A stretch of 64,000 nucleotides of DNA, from NCBI GenBank assembly GCA_951406725.2, contig OX597829.1, positions 37,758,001 to 37,822,000 of the forward strand, read 5' to 3'. Below, one piece after another: positions 37,452 to 51,800 of the stretch. Each line of letters starts with the position of its first letter. The stretch's first letter is position 1. Below the pieces are notes generated by a model. That model did no database searches and was not told where the DNA came from. It was given only the letters and a program-made list of their open reading frames with translations. Position numbers and translations under genes: made by a program. Source of the stretch: Octopus vulgaris (lineage: Eukaryota).

Positions 37452-40400
37452 CATTTCACCTTTTGGAATAGATCAAACTAGTAGGGATACTAATTGATGT
37501 TACTGGTTGGTTCCAGATCAACCCCAGGTCAGTGCAAATGCAAGAAATTTAATATAAAACATCAGAGTTAAAATTGCAAGTATAACATTATAATACTAGA
37601 GTATGTAAAATATTACTCAAGAAGACCCATACTCATAACAGTAGTGTTAAGGTTACTCCCCCTGGTGAAGAGGACAGGCCTGTGCAAGAATCCTGTGCCA
37701 GTGACATCAAAAAAGCATTCATGCCAGTGACACATCAAAGTACTTGTGCAGTGCCACATTAAAAGCACAAAGCGTACACTGTGAAACAGTTGGCATTAGG
37801 AAGGCATCCAGTTGTAGAAACCTTGCTAAATCAGACCGGAATCTGATGCAGCTCTCCAGCTCAGATCAAACCATCCAACCCATGCCAGCATGGACAACAG
37901 ATGTTAACTGATGATGATGATGATATTTAAAAAATAAGATAAAAATATATTACTGATTTTTAGGTGCAAAAATATGATCATGGAGAGTCACACGTTAAAG
38001 ATGACATTGTACAGGTAGGTATGCAGTAATCCTATGGCTTAACACTACTATCTTAGTCTTCAGTGCTTTTAGCCAAATCTACCATGTTGTGTGCATCTAG
38101 ACTTGGTCTCCAGTTGGAACATGATTTTCTTTTTAACTCCCATATGTAAATTTATATTCATAATGTTTCTTCATAATTACTGAATTGGTCCTAAGTAATC
38201 TCTAATTTTGTGTAAAATGCAATTAAAACCTCCAAATTACAACCTTACAATAGGACAAAATTTATATTATTTGCTCTCTTACTACCACGATATCTCTCGA
38301 TTGTCTCACATTCATAACTAAAACTAGATTCAAATCACAAGACTTTCCATTGAATGCCAGAGAATAATTTAGCTTCAAACAACTTCTGACAACATGAAAT
38401 TCTAATAATACCCTTAACTGAGAACTGATCCTATATCTATGATGCTCTTGCTGCTACCCATGCATGTGCATGCACACAAACACACATACACACCCGAGAC
38501 TGCATCTGGAAGGCTATCCGAATGATTTACAAACATTTGCTCACCAATCTCTGACCAACAGATACATTGTATCCTCCCTTGGTCTCTTCTACTCCCATTA
38601 TAGCAATAGTCTCTGAAGTTTCCAGTAAGCTAGTTACTACAACCAACACTCACAGCCACTCAACACACCTTTTCTCCTCCCATCACCCACAATGTATCTG
38701 GTTTCACCTCTCACCCAGGTGCCACACATTCACCATCCTCTCCATACTATCAACCCCCTAGGGTTACTCTAGCCTTTTCCTCTTTTGCCTTGAAGGTCAA
38801 CTGAAAAACAATCAAGAAGGGTACAAGCTACATCAAGTCTCAGGTGTCCAGCAAAGATAGTCACATCATCATTTTAGTAATGCCATTTCCAGTTCTTGAT
38901 TAAAGCCATTTCTTGTTCTTTACTTACACTGCCAATGCTAATTGTCATTATTTCAATGTTCACTTTTCTATGCTTGCATCAGTCAAACAGAATTTGCTGA
39001 GGTAAATTTTCTATGGACAGATGTCCTTCCTGTCACCAATCCTTACCTGTTTCCAGACAAAATAATAAAACTCTAATCTCCTGAACAATGAACAGCCCTA
39101 TCATAGCTATGCACTGAACTGGAAACAAACATTGTTGGTTGAATGAGTATTTTGTATACAAACGTTGCACAAAATGCCAAGAAGCACAAGCATGTCTTTG
39201 CAATGGACTGCAAGTAAAGGACACTGACTGTATTGACAACAAAGCCTTTGTTTGCAGTTAGCAAACACACACAAAGATAAGGGAAAATATAAACTCATTC
39301 ACACAAATGTACACCCTCCCACACACACACCCACTCGACATACTTCTTTAGTTTCAGTCTATAAGTTTTCTCTTGCAAGGTATTAGTTAATCCAATAACG
39401 AGCTGGCAGAAACGTTAGCACGCCAGGCAAAATGCTTAGCAGTATTTCGTTTGAGTTCTGAGTTCAAATTCCGCCGAGCGCAACTTTGCCTTTCATCCTT
39501 TTGGGGTCGATAAATTAAGTACCAGTTACGCACTGGGGTTGATATAGTCGACTTAATCCGTTTGTCTGTCCTTGTTTGTCCTCTCTGTGTTTACCCCCTT
39601 GTGGGTAGTAAAGAAATAGATATCAGTTAATCCATGGCTACAGTACAGAACACCAGCTAACAAGAATCGTGCAATAGGATCAAACCCGTAACCACATAGC
39701 CCCACAGTCAACTCCTTTGCCACACAGATGTACCTAGAAATATGAATGAACAGCAGCTCACAGGATGTTTTCATCCTATAGAAATCTGGATCTTTATATC
39801 TAATTGCAAAGAATATAATGTACATAACACTTCATTATGGAAACAGAGATTCTTTGATTTATCCTACTCTTATGTGAAAGGATTCCATTCTAACACTCTG
39901 AATGGGACCCCTCATCAGTTTTACTTTTTTTATACAATGCTAAGTTTTTCCTTCTCTTCTTACATACTCCATATCCAGGAAAGAGTGAGTGTGCATGCAT
40001 GTGGGAAGGGGATTGGCCAGTACTTTGTCCATGGTATAAAACTGTCATTGCAAGCAGTGCAATTCATTCCCAATCATCCATGTAAACACATCTGGCCATG
40101 CAGGAGCATTATCATGTTAGTGACAGAAAGGGCATCTAACTATAGAAAATTTGTGTCAATGAATTCCATCTGAGCCATGCAAGCACAGAAAAGCAAACTT
40201 TAAAACAATGATGATGAGGATGGACACTAAATAGCAGAAATCAATATAAGCAAATTAATTACATATAATTAATGGAACAGAAATAGTAGGGTCATGCAGA
40301 AAATGATTTCTATGAGTTCCTCAAAAACTGCTTTTGGGTACAATCCTATTGCACTTGTACCTTGGGCAAATGTTTCCAACCATAATCTTGGTTTAATGAA

Positions 40401-43400
40401 AGTTATGGGAGTGAAATGTAGGAGAAAACTAGAGCAAACAAAAGATGTCAAAGAAGTCCCAAAGATATATTTTATTGGCAGCAAATGGTTGTTCAAATCC
40501 TCACACAAAGGGCAAACACAAATGGTTTCTCCTATCACACAAATAGACAGATGTGTTACAAGTGTGATACAGCATGGTGGTGGTAGTTATGGTGGCACAT
40601 GGCTAAGTGATTAGGATATTCTGATCATAATCATAAGGTCATGATCTCCATTCCTAGTGGTGCATTGTGCCCTTGAGCAAGACTCTTTATTTTCACATTG
40701 CTCTAGTCCACTCAGCTGGCAAAAATGAGTTGTGTCAGTGGTTCAAAGGACCAGCCTTGTCACATTCTGCATGTGGAGGCACATGGCCTAGTGGTTAAAG
40801 CAGCAGACTTGCGGTTGAGGGGTCGCAGGTTCGAATCTCAGACCGGACAATGTGTGTGTTTATGAGCGAAACACCTAAGCTCCACGCGGCTCTGGCAGAA
40901 GGTAATGGCGAAACTTCTGCTGATTCTGTCACTATAACTTTCTCTCACTCTTTCCTCCTGCATCTTGCAGCTCACCTGCGATGGACCGGCGTCCTGTCCA
41001 GGTGAGGAACCTATACACCAAGGAAACTGGCCCTTATGAGCCAGACATGGCTCGAGAAGGAAACAACATTCTGCATTATGTTGAATCTCCCAGTGAACTA
41101 TATTAAGGGTAGAAATGTCAGTGGAGTGCTCAACAACTTGTACATTAATTTCATGAGCAGGCTGTTCCGTTGATTGAATCAATTGGAACACTTGTCATCA
41201 TAACCGATGGAATGCTAAGTGGTGGTGGTGAAATATGGGCGTTGAACGAATCTGGACGTTTGTGGGTGGACACAGGATAAAAATGAGCTTTTAGGAAGGG
41301 GTTATGATGAGCATTAATGTAACAGTTTATATATGTAAGAAAAGTAGTTGCACAGGTATAAACATGAAATGAAATGCTAGGTAAAAAAGATAAAAGAAAA
41401 AAAAAACAGCTGTGTACCGTCAGTGGGAGGTACACTCAGGTGTCAGTAGAAGAAGAAAAAGAGAAAAGAAAAACATTAAAGAGAACATGGGAAGAAGTGG
41501 TGAGGTAAGATCTCACGGATGTTTGGGTGTCACAAACAAGTTGACACAGAATTGAGTGGAGTGACAGCATGTTGTATGGTCGATCTGTCCAACCATGTCA
41601 ACATGGAAAACAGACATACAAAATTACGATAACAATGATGATAATAATGATGATGATGATGATGAAAAACATTTATACATATATATATGGATTTCCAGAT
41701 TTTGTTTTCTTCATTTAAAAATTTTTAAAAAAAGTTCTTTCTACATTAAAACATTCAACCTATTCTGAATGTGGTCTATTTGTTCAATCTTTAGTGCTTT
41801 TTTCTTTTTTTTTTTTTTTTTTTGCTTAGAGGCAAAAATATGCATACCTTATGCAGAATTTGAACTGATGACTAATACTTGAAGAATGTCACTATTAACC
41901 TACTCTGTCTCTCATTTCAACTACAAACAAGTTAGGTTACTAGTAATATACTAATATCAAAACATTTAATCTTTAACATTTCACTATATCAACAACAATT
42001 GGTCCAACATTTTTGAGCTTTTTTAAAATATATTTTTCTTTTTATTCATTATTTAGGTTATCTTTCTTAGATCAGTGGTACCCTTGCAAAATACACGAGA
42101 TTAAAATTTTCAATTCCACCTCGCCCTTCTTGAAACACAGGGCTTTGAACATCCTTTATCTTTAATCTCTTATTCGTTTCAGTCAATGGACTGAGGTCAT
42201 ACTGGGGAACCGCCTTATAGGGTTTTAGTTAAATGAATCAATCCTAGTATTTCTTTTTTAAGCCTAATATTTATTCTGTCTCTTTTGCTGAACATTACAG
42301 GAATGTAAACAAACCAATACTGATTGTCAAATAGTGGGGGTAACACACACAATGGGTTTCCCTGCAGTTTTCATCTACCAAAGGCGCTGTCAGCCCAGAC
42401 TATAGTAAAAGGCACTTGCCCAAGGTGCTGCACAACAGAACTGAACCTGAAACCTTATGGTTGCAAAGCAAGTTTCTTAGCCACACAGCTATATCTGTGC
42501 ATAGAAAGCAATTTTTTTTAAACATAAGCACAAAACTTCAGCTTTATTTTAAAGCAATATCCATGCTAGTGCTACATACAAAGCACCCAGTACACTCTGT
42601 GAGGTGGTTGGCAGTAGAAACCAAGCCAAAATAGACTATTGGAGCCTAAGCAGCTCTCCTGCTGGCCACTTCTGGTCAAACTTCCCAACCTATACCAGCA
42701 TAGAAAACAGATGTATGACGATGATGAATTTCAAATCGCTCTGAGACAGGGAATGTTTTGCCTATATTCTAATCTGAAACCTCTCGCTAACAATGTCTTT
42801 CAAAACTAATATTGAGAGAATGATTTAAGCTTTAAGACCTAACCAGCAATTTAATAGAAGTTACATACTTATGAAAAGAAAAAAGTTAAAGGTTCATTAT
42901 TTTTAGCAGTGATATATGCCCTCAACAGATTATGTTCTTGAAATTCTTTCTTGGTTTAAAAAACCATCTTCTGCCTCTTCAATATTGCCTTCTACATACC
43001 TATTGGAAAGCTTGACCTTAGGCACTGCAAGCTAACAGAACATTCATTGATAATATAATGTTGTCACTGCTGACTAGGCCAAATTGTACCCTCATGAAAA
43101 GCCTCAGCATGGTCGCTTGGTCTACTAGAAATAGCAGCAAAGTTTCCCTTGAATACACTCTCTAGTCTTAAACTAAACGGACACATTGGATAATGTAGCC
43201 CTGATGGGGGCTATGGTTTGGAAGGAAAAAGATGTAAAGGTCATGGCTGGAGTGTCATGTCAGTGATCATAGATCTGCTTCATCAGAGTTAAACACCAAA
43301 CATATAGAGAAATTGGACTGAGTCAGAAATAGTTCTCTTGGCAATGGGTGTAATAATAAAGTATTAGTTGGGTGTTGGCTGACCAACACCCAACTAAGTT

Positions 43401-43788
43401 TCATGTGCCCTACAAGTTTATACAAAAATTAAATTCCAGTTTCAATAAGAAAATTTTAAAAATTCTCTAATTGAGTTGCATATGAAGGAGATGACAGAAT
43501 ACTTAGATATGTGGCACACAGCTGTACTCAAGCAGATTGTCCACCGCAAAAGAATTGAGATCCTAAAACCAAGGTGCCACACAAAAAGCACTGGTGCTGG
43601 TGTCACGTAAAAAGCACCCAGTACCTTCTGTAAAGTGGTTGGAGTTAGGAAGGGTATCCAGCCATAGAAACCATGCCACAACAGACTATGAAACCTGGTG
43701 CAGCCCCTGGCCTTGCTAGTTCCTGTCAAGCCATCCAACACATGCCAGTATGGAAAACGGACATTAAATGTTGACATCCATTTGAATA

Positions 43789-43932
43789 GAAAGAAGATAC
43801 ATGAGAATAAAGAAAGCTTCATAGATAATTTGTTAATTTTAAATTTAGATTTTTAATGAATAATTTATTTTAAGAGAGTTTTATTGATGCAGTGGTTCTC
43901 TAACAGTGCAATGCAACACACTTGTGAACTGC

Positions 43933-43977
<45 letters not shown>

Positions 43978-45990
43978 ATGCCTCAAGGGATATCATAATG
44001 TGCCGTGGATTTAGTTAATAATATGAATTAAAGGCATTAGAAAATCTATGTTAATTCTCGAATTCACAATTTTGTGATAAATAAGTATGATTAATAAAAC
44101 AAGATAGGCCCTAGTTTTATATATTTTTCTAAATTTTTAACTTTAAAGTATACTTTTGGAGGATTTATATATAACTCCACACTAGCATTTTTAAAATTTT
44201 TTGATCGCTGGTGCACTAGCAATAATTCTCAATCTAGTTTAATCCTCCACTAACATCACACCCATAACTACATTAGCTTATGATTTTCTTAAATACCTCA
44301 GGATAATTAACTGTAAACAAGACAAACTTCTTTTAGTCCGCTAAATAATCCTTCTGATAACAAGTCCAGCCCGAGGACGCTACCTACTTGGTTATTTAAT
44401 TATTTATTCGTTTGTTCTGTACTTCCTGCTTTGAAGTGCTCCTATTTAAATTAGAACCCTCCACTATCATTTTTATATAAAGAACTTTTTATTTTTATTA
44501 AGTTATTTTTGAAACACCAGCTTATGATGCTACTTAAAGCAATAATGGAGCTTGTTGAGACACGAAAAACTCAACATGGCTGCTGAACCAGCTGGAAATA
44601 GCAACCAAATTTCTCTCACATCACAACCTACTACCTTTGTTTCTCATTCAATATTTTAGATATAGAGATATTACTATGTCTGGAAAAAAAAAAAGGAAAA
44701 AAAATAAATTAGTCATGATCAGAATGCCTTTGTGGGGTACCCCATCAAGTTTAAACAACACCAACAACAATAAAGACAACAATCAATAAATAGTTTTTAA
44801 AATGTTATTTTACTAAAATCATTCTAAAATCATTGTAACTATTGAAATTAATTAAAACTTAGGACAGCGTATTCCATTAGCAATATAGTCATGAAAAGAA
44901 TAAAACCAAGTTAACTTTTCCCGGAAACAAAATTACAGTAATGAGAGACTTAAAGCTCCCATTTAACCTTTCCAATAACGACTTATTAATTTCAAAATGA
45001 AATTGATTATGTAAATAAGTATGGCTGCATCATTAAAACGTGTGTTTTGCAACTATGTAATTTTGGGTTCAGTCTACTATTATAGTCCCAGGCCAACCAA
45101 TGCCTTGTGAGGGAATTTGGTGAGAGAAACTGTGAGGAAGCCCATTGTGTGAGTGTGTATGTATGTATACATACATACAGTGGCAAGCTGGCAGAGACGT
45201 TAGCATGCCAGGCGAAATACTTAGCAGTATTTCATCTGTCACTACATTCTGAGTTCAAATTCCGCAGAGGTCGACTTTGCCTTTCATCCGTTCAGGGTTG
45301 ATTAAATAAGTACCAGTTACGCACTGGGGTCGATATAATCGACTTAATCCATTTGTCTGTCCTTATTTGTCCTCACTGTGCTTAGCCCCTTGTGGGTAGT
45401 AAAGAAATATGTATATATACATACATACACACACGCATGTGTGGCTTTGTCCCTGTGTTTGTTTCCCACCCCATTGCTTAACAATTGAGGTTGGTCTGCT
45501 GAAGTTCAACAAAAGAGACTGAAACAATTAAGTACCAAGGTCAATTTGTTTGACTAAACCCGCCAAGGCAGTGCTCCAACATACCCTAAGTCCTATGACT
45601 GAAACAAGTAAAAGAAGAAGCATATTTCACAAGAAATTATGGTATTGGAAGCTTAAAAGCAGCAGCTAAATTCACACTGAACCAAAACTGGTGGGACAGA
45701 CAGAATTACTTTATTCTTTCTGTTACTTTTTCCTGTAAATGGAATTCTTGCAGACACAGACTGCTACCTGCCCTCTTGAACTGTGTTCTATTTCATTAGA
45801 ATTTGAGGCTAATAAAAGGTTAATACAGTAGCTAAATTATCTTTGAGAAAGAAGATATATGAGAATAAAGAAAGCTTCATAAATAATTTGTTAATTTAAA
45901 TTTAGACTTTTTAACGAATAATTTATTTTAAGAGAGTTTTATTGATGCAGTGGTTCTCTAACAGTGCAATGTAACACACTTGTGTACTAC

Positions 45991-46064
<74 letters not shown>

Positions 46065-46142
46065 AGAGAGAGAGAGAGAGAGATGCCTCAAGGGATATTA
46101 TAATGTGCTGTGTGGATTTAGTTAAAATATGAATTAAAGGCA
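43789..46142 (+). repeat. Pair of direct repeats of about 250-300 bp (43789..44036 and 45847..46142)
   Basis: gaaagaagata.atgagaataaagaaagcttcata...gatgcagtggttctctaacagtgcaatg...(TA)n...aatatgaattaaaggca occurs twice, about 2.06 kb apart. Confidence 0.9.
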
Positions 46143-46665
46143 GTCTAAGTGGAAGAGTCAAGGCTTGAAATAAAACTTGAACACTTTTGAAGTTTTAGTA
46201 CCAAAGTGCTGCTATTGAAATGGACTATTCTTGTTTCAATTAATTTTCAAAATAATAAAGAATGTAATGAAATAACTTTATTGCAGTTAGCTTTTGTTTT
46301 AAATGTAAATCAACATGAAAAACCAATGAAAGCTTTTAATTTAGGTCCCAAATCTCAAAATGGGAAGTTTCTATCATAGTACCAAGAGCAGTTTCAGACA
46401 GTTGTTACCAAAAGGATTATAATATAACTAATGAAGTTTTACAGTTGCTTTTAGTTCCAAAGTTAATCTTATGGAATTGACAAAATATAACACAGTACCA
46501 AGTAGGTCCTCTTTTACAAATGATCACTACTAAGGAATTCTACAAAGGACCTACTTTTGGTTGTTCAAACTGCATTTGGGTGTTTGTGAGTATTCAAGCT
46601 GCAAGAGATAGCAACCAAACCTGTCCTGAATCACACCCTACCATCTGAAGGGTAGATTAGATAAT

Positions 46666-47076
46666 TTACATTTGATGGATATTTATCCTCATCTTGTTTG
46701 TTGTTAACACAACATTTTGGCTGATATACCCTCCAAGCCTTCATCAAGTGCCTTGGGGAAATTTCGAAACTGGGTTCTCATTCCTAGGGTATTTTTCAAT
46801 GTTGTTGTTATTATTCAGGTCACTGCCTGGAATCGAACTCAGAATCTTGAGGTAAGTAGCCCATGCTTTGAAACACTACGCCATATGCCCGTGACCTGAA
46901 TAATAATAATAATAACACTGAAAAATACCTTAGGAATGAGAACCCAGGTTCGAAATTTCCCCAAGATACCTGATGAAGGCTGGAAGGTATATCAGCCGAA
47001 AAGTGCTAACAACAAACAAGATGAGGACAAATATCTGTCAAATGTAAATAATTCCTCATCTCTTAAATATAGAACC
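46666..47076. mobile_element. Fold-back retroposon: tRNA-derived head between inverted arms carrying a hammerhead-like core (Penelope-type architecture)
   Basis: Inverted arms at about 46666..46823 and 46891..47048. tRNA-like A and B boxes on the minus strand, 46890 to 46818. CTGATGA-A-GGCTG/CAGCC-GAAA at 46970..47001. 12-bp TSD agattagataat at 46654..46665 and 47077..47088. Confidence 0.8.
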
Positions 47077-48805
47077 AGATTAGATAATGTTCTTCATATT
47101 TATGGTTAAATTGTCTTTGTTCATGTGTCTCCTCAATTAGCGCAGACCCTTGGGCTTAAAAAATTACAACTAGCTTCACTGGTAAACTATGTTGTTGATC
47201 AGCTTACTGGAAATAATAGCCAAATCATCCTGAAATCAGAGTAATTTGGCTGCTTATGTTGTGATATCAGATAACAAAAAACGAAAAAGAAAGGAGACAT
47301 TGAATAATACAAAATACATTCTGGTCATAACCAGAATGTCTTTGATTGTCTGTGTTCATTCAAGCATGACCAAAAGCTAAATGACAACAACCACTACTAA
47401 GATTTATCATAATGTCCCTTGGGGGTTTGACTTTTTTTATGTCTTTTTTTGTCAAGGATTAAATTGAAAGACACTTACCCCTCACCTCATCTGGAATAAG
47501 ATCACTTAAATCTTGTTGGTGTTTTGCCCAAGGTCAATTCTGACTGAGCAGGCCCATAAAGGGCTTTCCGGCCATGACTATTATATCTCTTAGAGGCTAT
47601 GTTGGATTACAGTGTCTAAAGTAAACTTTTTATTTATGTAACCCAAGATGGAATGCTATTCTCACATCTGAGATTGTGATATAAAACATAAGTATCAATT
47701 TAAAACTGAATAAGAAACAGTTCCAATGGCGAAACTCAAACTGTGTACCTATTGTTTATTAGGCAGTGCCAAATTTCAACATTACAATTTTCATAACTAA
47801 TAAATGCTTTCCCCCCACATGCTACACTTCTTAATTCTTTCTATACCAATTCCACCCAAGCCAACACCTCTCATTCTACAGTACAAAGATCTCTCAATCT
47901 GAAGTATTTATGTCTAAATTAAAACCACCCATCATAACTTTATCTTAGAACTTTCTTCTATGTTTTTACCAGGCCAGTTCTGAATCTGGGTGTTCAGGTA
48001 GGCCACTTGGCATGAGGTCAATAGTTTTGTGGGAACCTTCACTCACTAGTTAGAAACAAAGGGCAGACCCCCTTGGGAATGAATTAGCTGTTTTCACAAA
48101 TTGTTCTAATTCTTTCATTCTGTTCTATATAAGTACATCACATGACACTACATGTATATAACACTACATGTACATGTATATATTTGTAAGCCAAACATAA
48201 ACAATGTGTATTCAGCACAAATTACGAAAATATTTCAAAGATTAATTTTAAACAGGTTCTACATTTCTACAGTCCATATCTGGTTTAGGCCTATAACTTG
48301 AAATGAGACCTACATTTCACATTTGGCCTGCACACTGATATCTTTCATTATAAATATGATTACAAAAACAATTAGCTGATTAATTCACAAAATATCTTTC
48401 AATCTTTGTGTAGATTTGGGCATAGCTGTGTGATCAAGAAGCTCAGTTTGCAACCACACACTTTTGGATTCAGTTCAACTGCACAGTACCTTGGATAAGT
48501 ATCTTCTACTAGAGCTCCAGGCTGACCAATACCTTGTGAATGAATTTGATAGAAGGAAAGTGTGTGTGTGTGTGTCTTCGTACCCTACCAATAATTTGAC
48601 AGTTGAAGTACATCCCTGTAACCTGGCAGTTCAGCAAAAGAGAATAAGAACCAAACTTAAAAAATAAATAAGTATTGGGGTTGCTTTGTTTGACTAAATT
48701 CTTCAAGGCAGTGCCCCAACATGGCCACAGTCCAATGACTGAAACAAGTAAAAGATAAATGACAAAAGAACATAACATCTATTTTAAAAAATTACAATTA
48801 CTTAC

Positions 48806-51800
48806 AATGGAGCAGTGAAGATAGACTTCTTGAAGACATTGTCATTACTGGTATAACTTCTTCGTCGAGAATTCTTTAATCTGTCGTAACTGTCACTCTG
48901 AGGATTTATTAATTGCTGAGGGTTCCATCCATCTTCAAGTGTAGTCTTAGCAGACATTTCCTGAGTTTGAGATGAAGTTACATCTAAGTTACTTGTGTAG
49001 CTCCTTAATGGATACATTGTTTCGGAAATTGTTCGGTTCATGTTGCGTTGATTAGCAACACTGCTCTGATATGCCTTTTTAGGGGCTGGACCTTGTGGCA
49101 CAGCAAACTTATCTTCATCACCTAGCTTTACAGATAAAGGCAAACTGTCACTACGTCCATGTACAATAGAGGTAGCTGCCTGGGTATTGTGACTCGAGTT
49201 ACTCAAACCTTCACCTTGCATAGACTGACCCATTTCATTTAAGCCCTCTCTTACACGTGGCCTTCTCGGGACATGATCCCATTTTGGTTCAAATTTAGTA
49301 TCATTTTCAGATATTTCTAATAGGTCTTTACTTTCAAATGGATATTGTTTATAATTAATAAGTGGTCTTTCTGACAATGCAGCTTCTGTCTCATCATACA
49401 TTCCATAAGCTTTTTTCATTGATGCCCTGCGTGTAGCAGTAATTTGTGAAGAAATCTGTTCACCGGATTGGTTGGAAGCTGAAGGATTTTTATCTTCATT
49501 ATGCTTTCGGAATATAGAGGATTGACTGCCAGGAAAACTTGACCGATCTTGACCATAAGCACTTTTTTTGCTGTCTAGCACAGAAGTCGAACTGTGAAAT
49601 TTTTTAAATTTGCTTGCATCGAGTTTGGTAGAAGCTGAAGATTCATGCATTAAAGGCAGTGGTGTAGTTGATAATGCATACAAATCCTGTGTTTTTTGTG
49701 GAACTGCATAGCTGGTAACTTGAGCTCTAAATTTCTCTGGCATACCCAGGTCTTGTAGAGTAGATGATGTTCTGTTTGCATTACTGGTGTCCGAAGTATA
49801 ATTGGCAGCAGAATTTTGTTGTTTATAAGAATTTGGGATCTTTTCTTTTTTTGGTAAAGGATAACTTTGATTAGGTTGACACTCAAGTGATTGGTCCTCT
49901 TTAGATTCAAAAAAAGGAGTTGTAGCTTGACTGTTAAAATGTTGATTTGCTGAGACTGGATAATGTTTTTGTGTCTCCCAAGAGGTGCTTGACTGGTTTG
50001 GGAAGCTAAAGAAATTAGGTCTAGAAGATGTAGTTGACTCAGGTTGTGAGACTTTAATTACAAGACTACTGTTGGAATCAGCATGTTTTAAGCCTTGTGT
50101 CAACGTTTCCTGTGATGCAGACAAATTTGAGGATGATGTGCTAATAGGTGGAATAGTGCCTTGTCTGAATGCTTGCATATAAAATTCTTCTGAAAGCTTT
50201 CTGAGGATGGGGGCTGTACTTGGTACATAGTCTTGGTAACCAGATAATAAATTCTCAACCGTGATAGGTCGTCTAACTTCTGATTCCGATGCAGATCTTT
50301 GTTTTGGTTGTTTATTTGATTCTAGATTAAATTTCATATCACTGACTTGATCCCTTTTTTCTTCTAAAAGTGATGCCTGGTTTCTAACATGATCTGTCAA
50401 TGACTCGCTAGGAGGTCTGCGCATTGGTTGATAAGCTCTTGAATAATTAACATTTAAGTCCCCTTCAACTGAAGCTTGCAGTCCAGTAGACTGCACAACC
50501 TTGGATTGGGTTGAATTGAAATCAGAATCTTTACTATCTGCCAGTGGAGCAGTTTGCAAACTGTTTTCATGGCTAAAATCTTTTTCTAAGCCTACTTGCA
50601 CTCCCGCACTTTTCATCTTTGACAATTCTGTATTCCTGCCTGTATTTGACAATTCTTGAGTGTTGGGAAATATTAACTCTGTTTGAGTGCTAGTGTTGTA
50701 ATAAGGTGTTTGTTTGATTATATAAGTTGATGAAGAACCTGTAGTGCTTTTTACATCACCCAATTTAAAATTGTTGTTTGCAGCATATTTTTCTCCACTT
50801 ATCATGATAGGATTTGTGACCAAATTACCATAAATTTTAGAATCTGTCTCAGACCTAGGTTTCATACTATTATCTTTTTCATCTTCAGAAGTAGAGAACC
50901 TTTTCTTTTGCTCTTCCTCAGGTAAAGAAGTCTGGGTATCTCTATGAAGATTAGAAGAGGAGGAGGATAACTGAGGCCAATTCATGATTAAAGGGCTAAT
51001 TGGGGAAGTTTGTTGACTATGTGATAGCATAGTTTTGTTTGAAGTCTTTTCAGTTGCAGAGGACATCATTTTGGGGACTGGGATATCTCGTTCAGGTGGA
51101 GAAGGAACATTATATTCAGCATCGCCTAAATTGTGACCATCAGAATCGAATCTTGGAGGGGGATATCCAGGTTTAGAATTATAAAATTCTTTAAATCGCA
51201 TCGATGACTTTGGTTTATGGTAATGTTTACTGCCAGCATAGCTGTCATCAGGAGTGTTCTCAGTATCACGTTTTTGAAATAGAGGAGTATTTCCTTGTTT
51301 AGCTGAAGACAGAGATTTGTGTTCTGCTAACATAGGAGTTGAGGAAGACCAAGTTTGTGACTGCTTAGATACAGCAATAGTGTATGGTTCACAAGGAATT
51401 TTACTATGGACAGTAACTGGCCATGATGGAGATTTTTCATGACCAGTTTCTTCAACAGAAAATTCAAAATCAGAATTTTCAGAGTTTAGAGATTCATAAG
51501 ATTGTACAGTTGATGGATTTTGTGAGAATCCTCTTTTTAATCCAAACTCAAAGGCTTTGCTTTGGAGCTGGGTAAGTGTGTAAGGAACTTCATCAGAGTG
51601 TCTTCGATCTTCAGGTACTCGTACCGACTCTTGACTTTCAGACTTTGGCCGCAAATCCGAATTTTTAAGATTATGTTTCTTTAAAGGATAGTTTGAATCC
51701 ATATAGTCATTTGGTAGGTTCTTATCCACATTTCTTCTAATTTCATTAGATTTAAATTGTTTATCTCTATTGAAAAACAATAATTTATCTCTATTGAAAA

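Noticed and set aside
46818-46890. Functional tRNA gene
   Set aside because: The acceptor and D stems are imperfect, and it is embedded in a TSD-flanked repeat. The same applies to the SINE heads.
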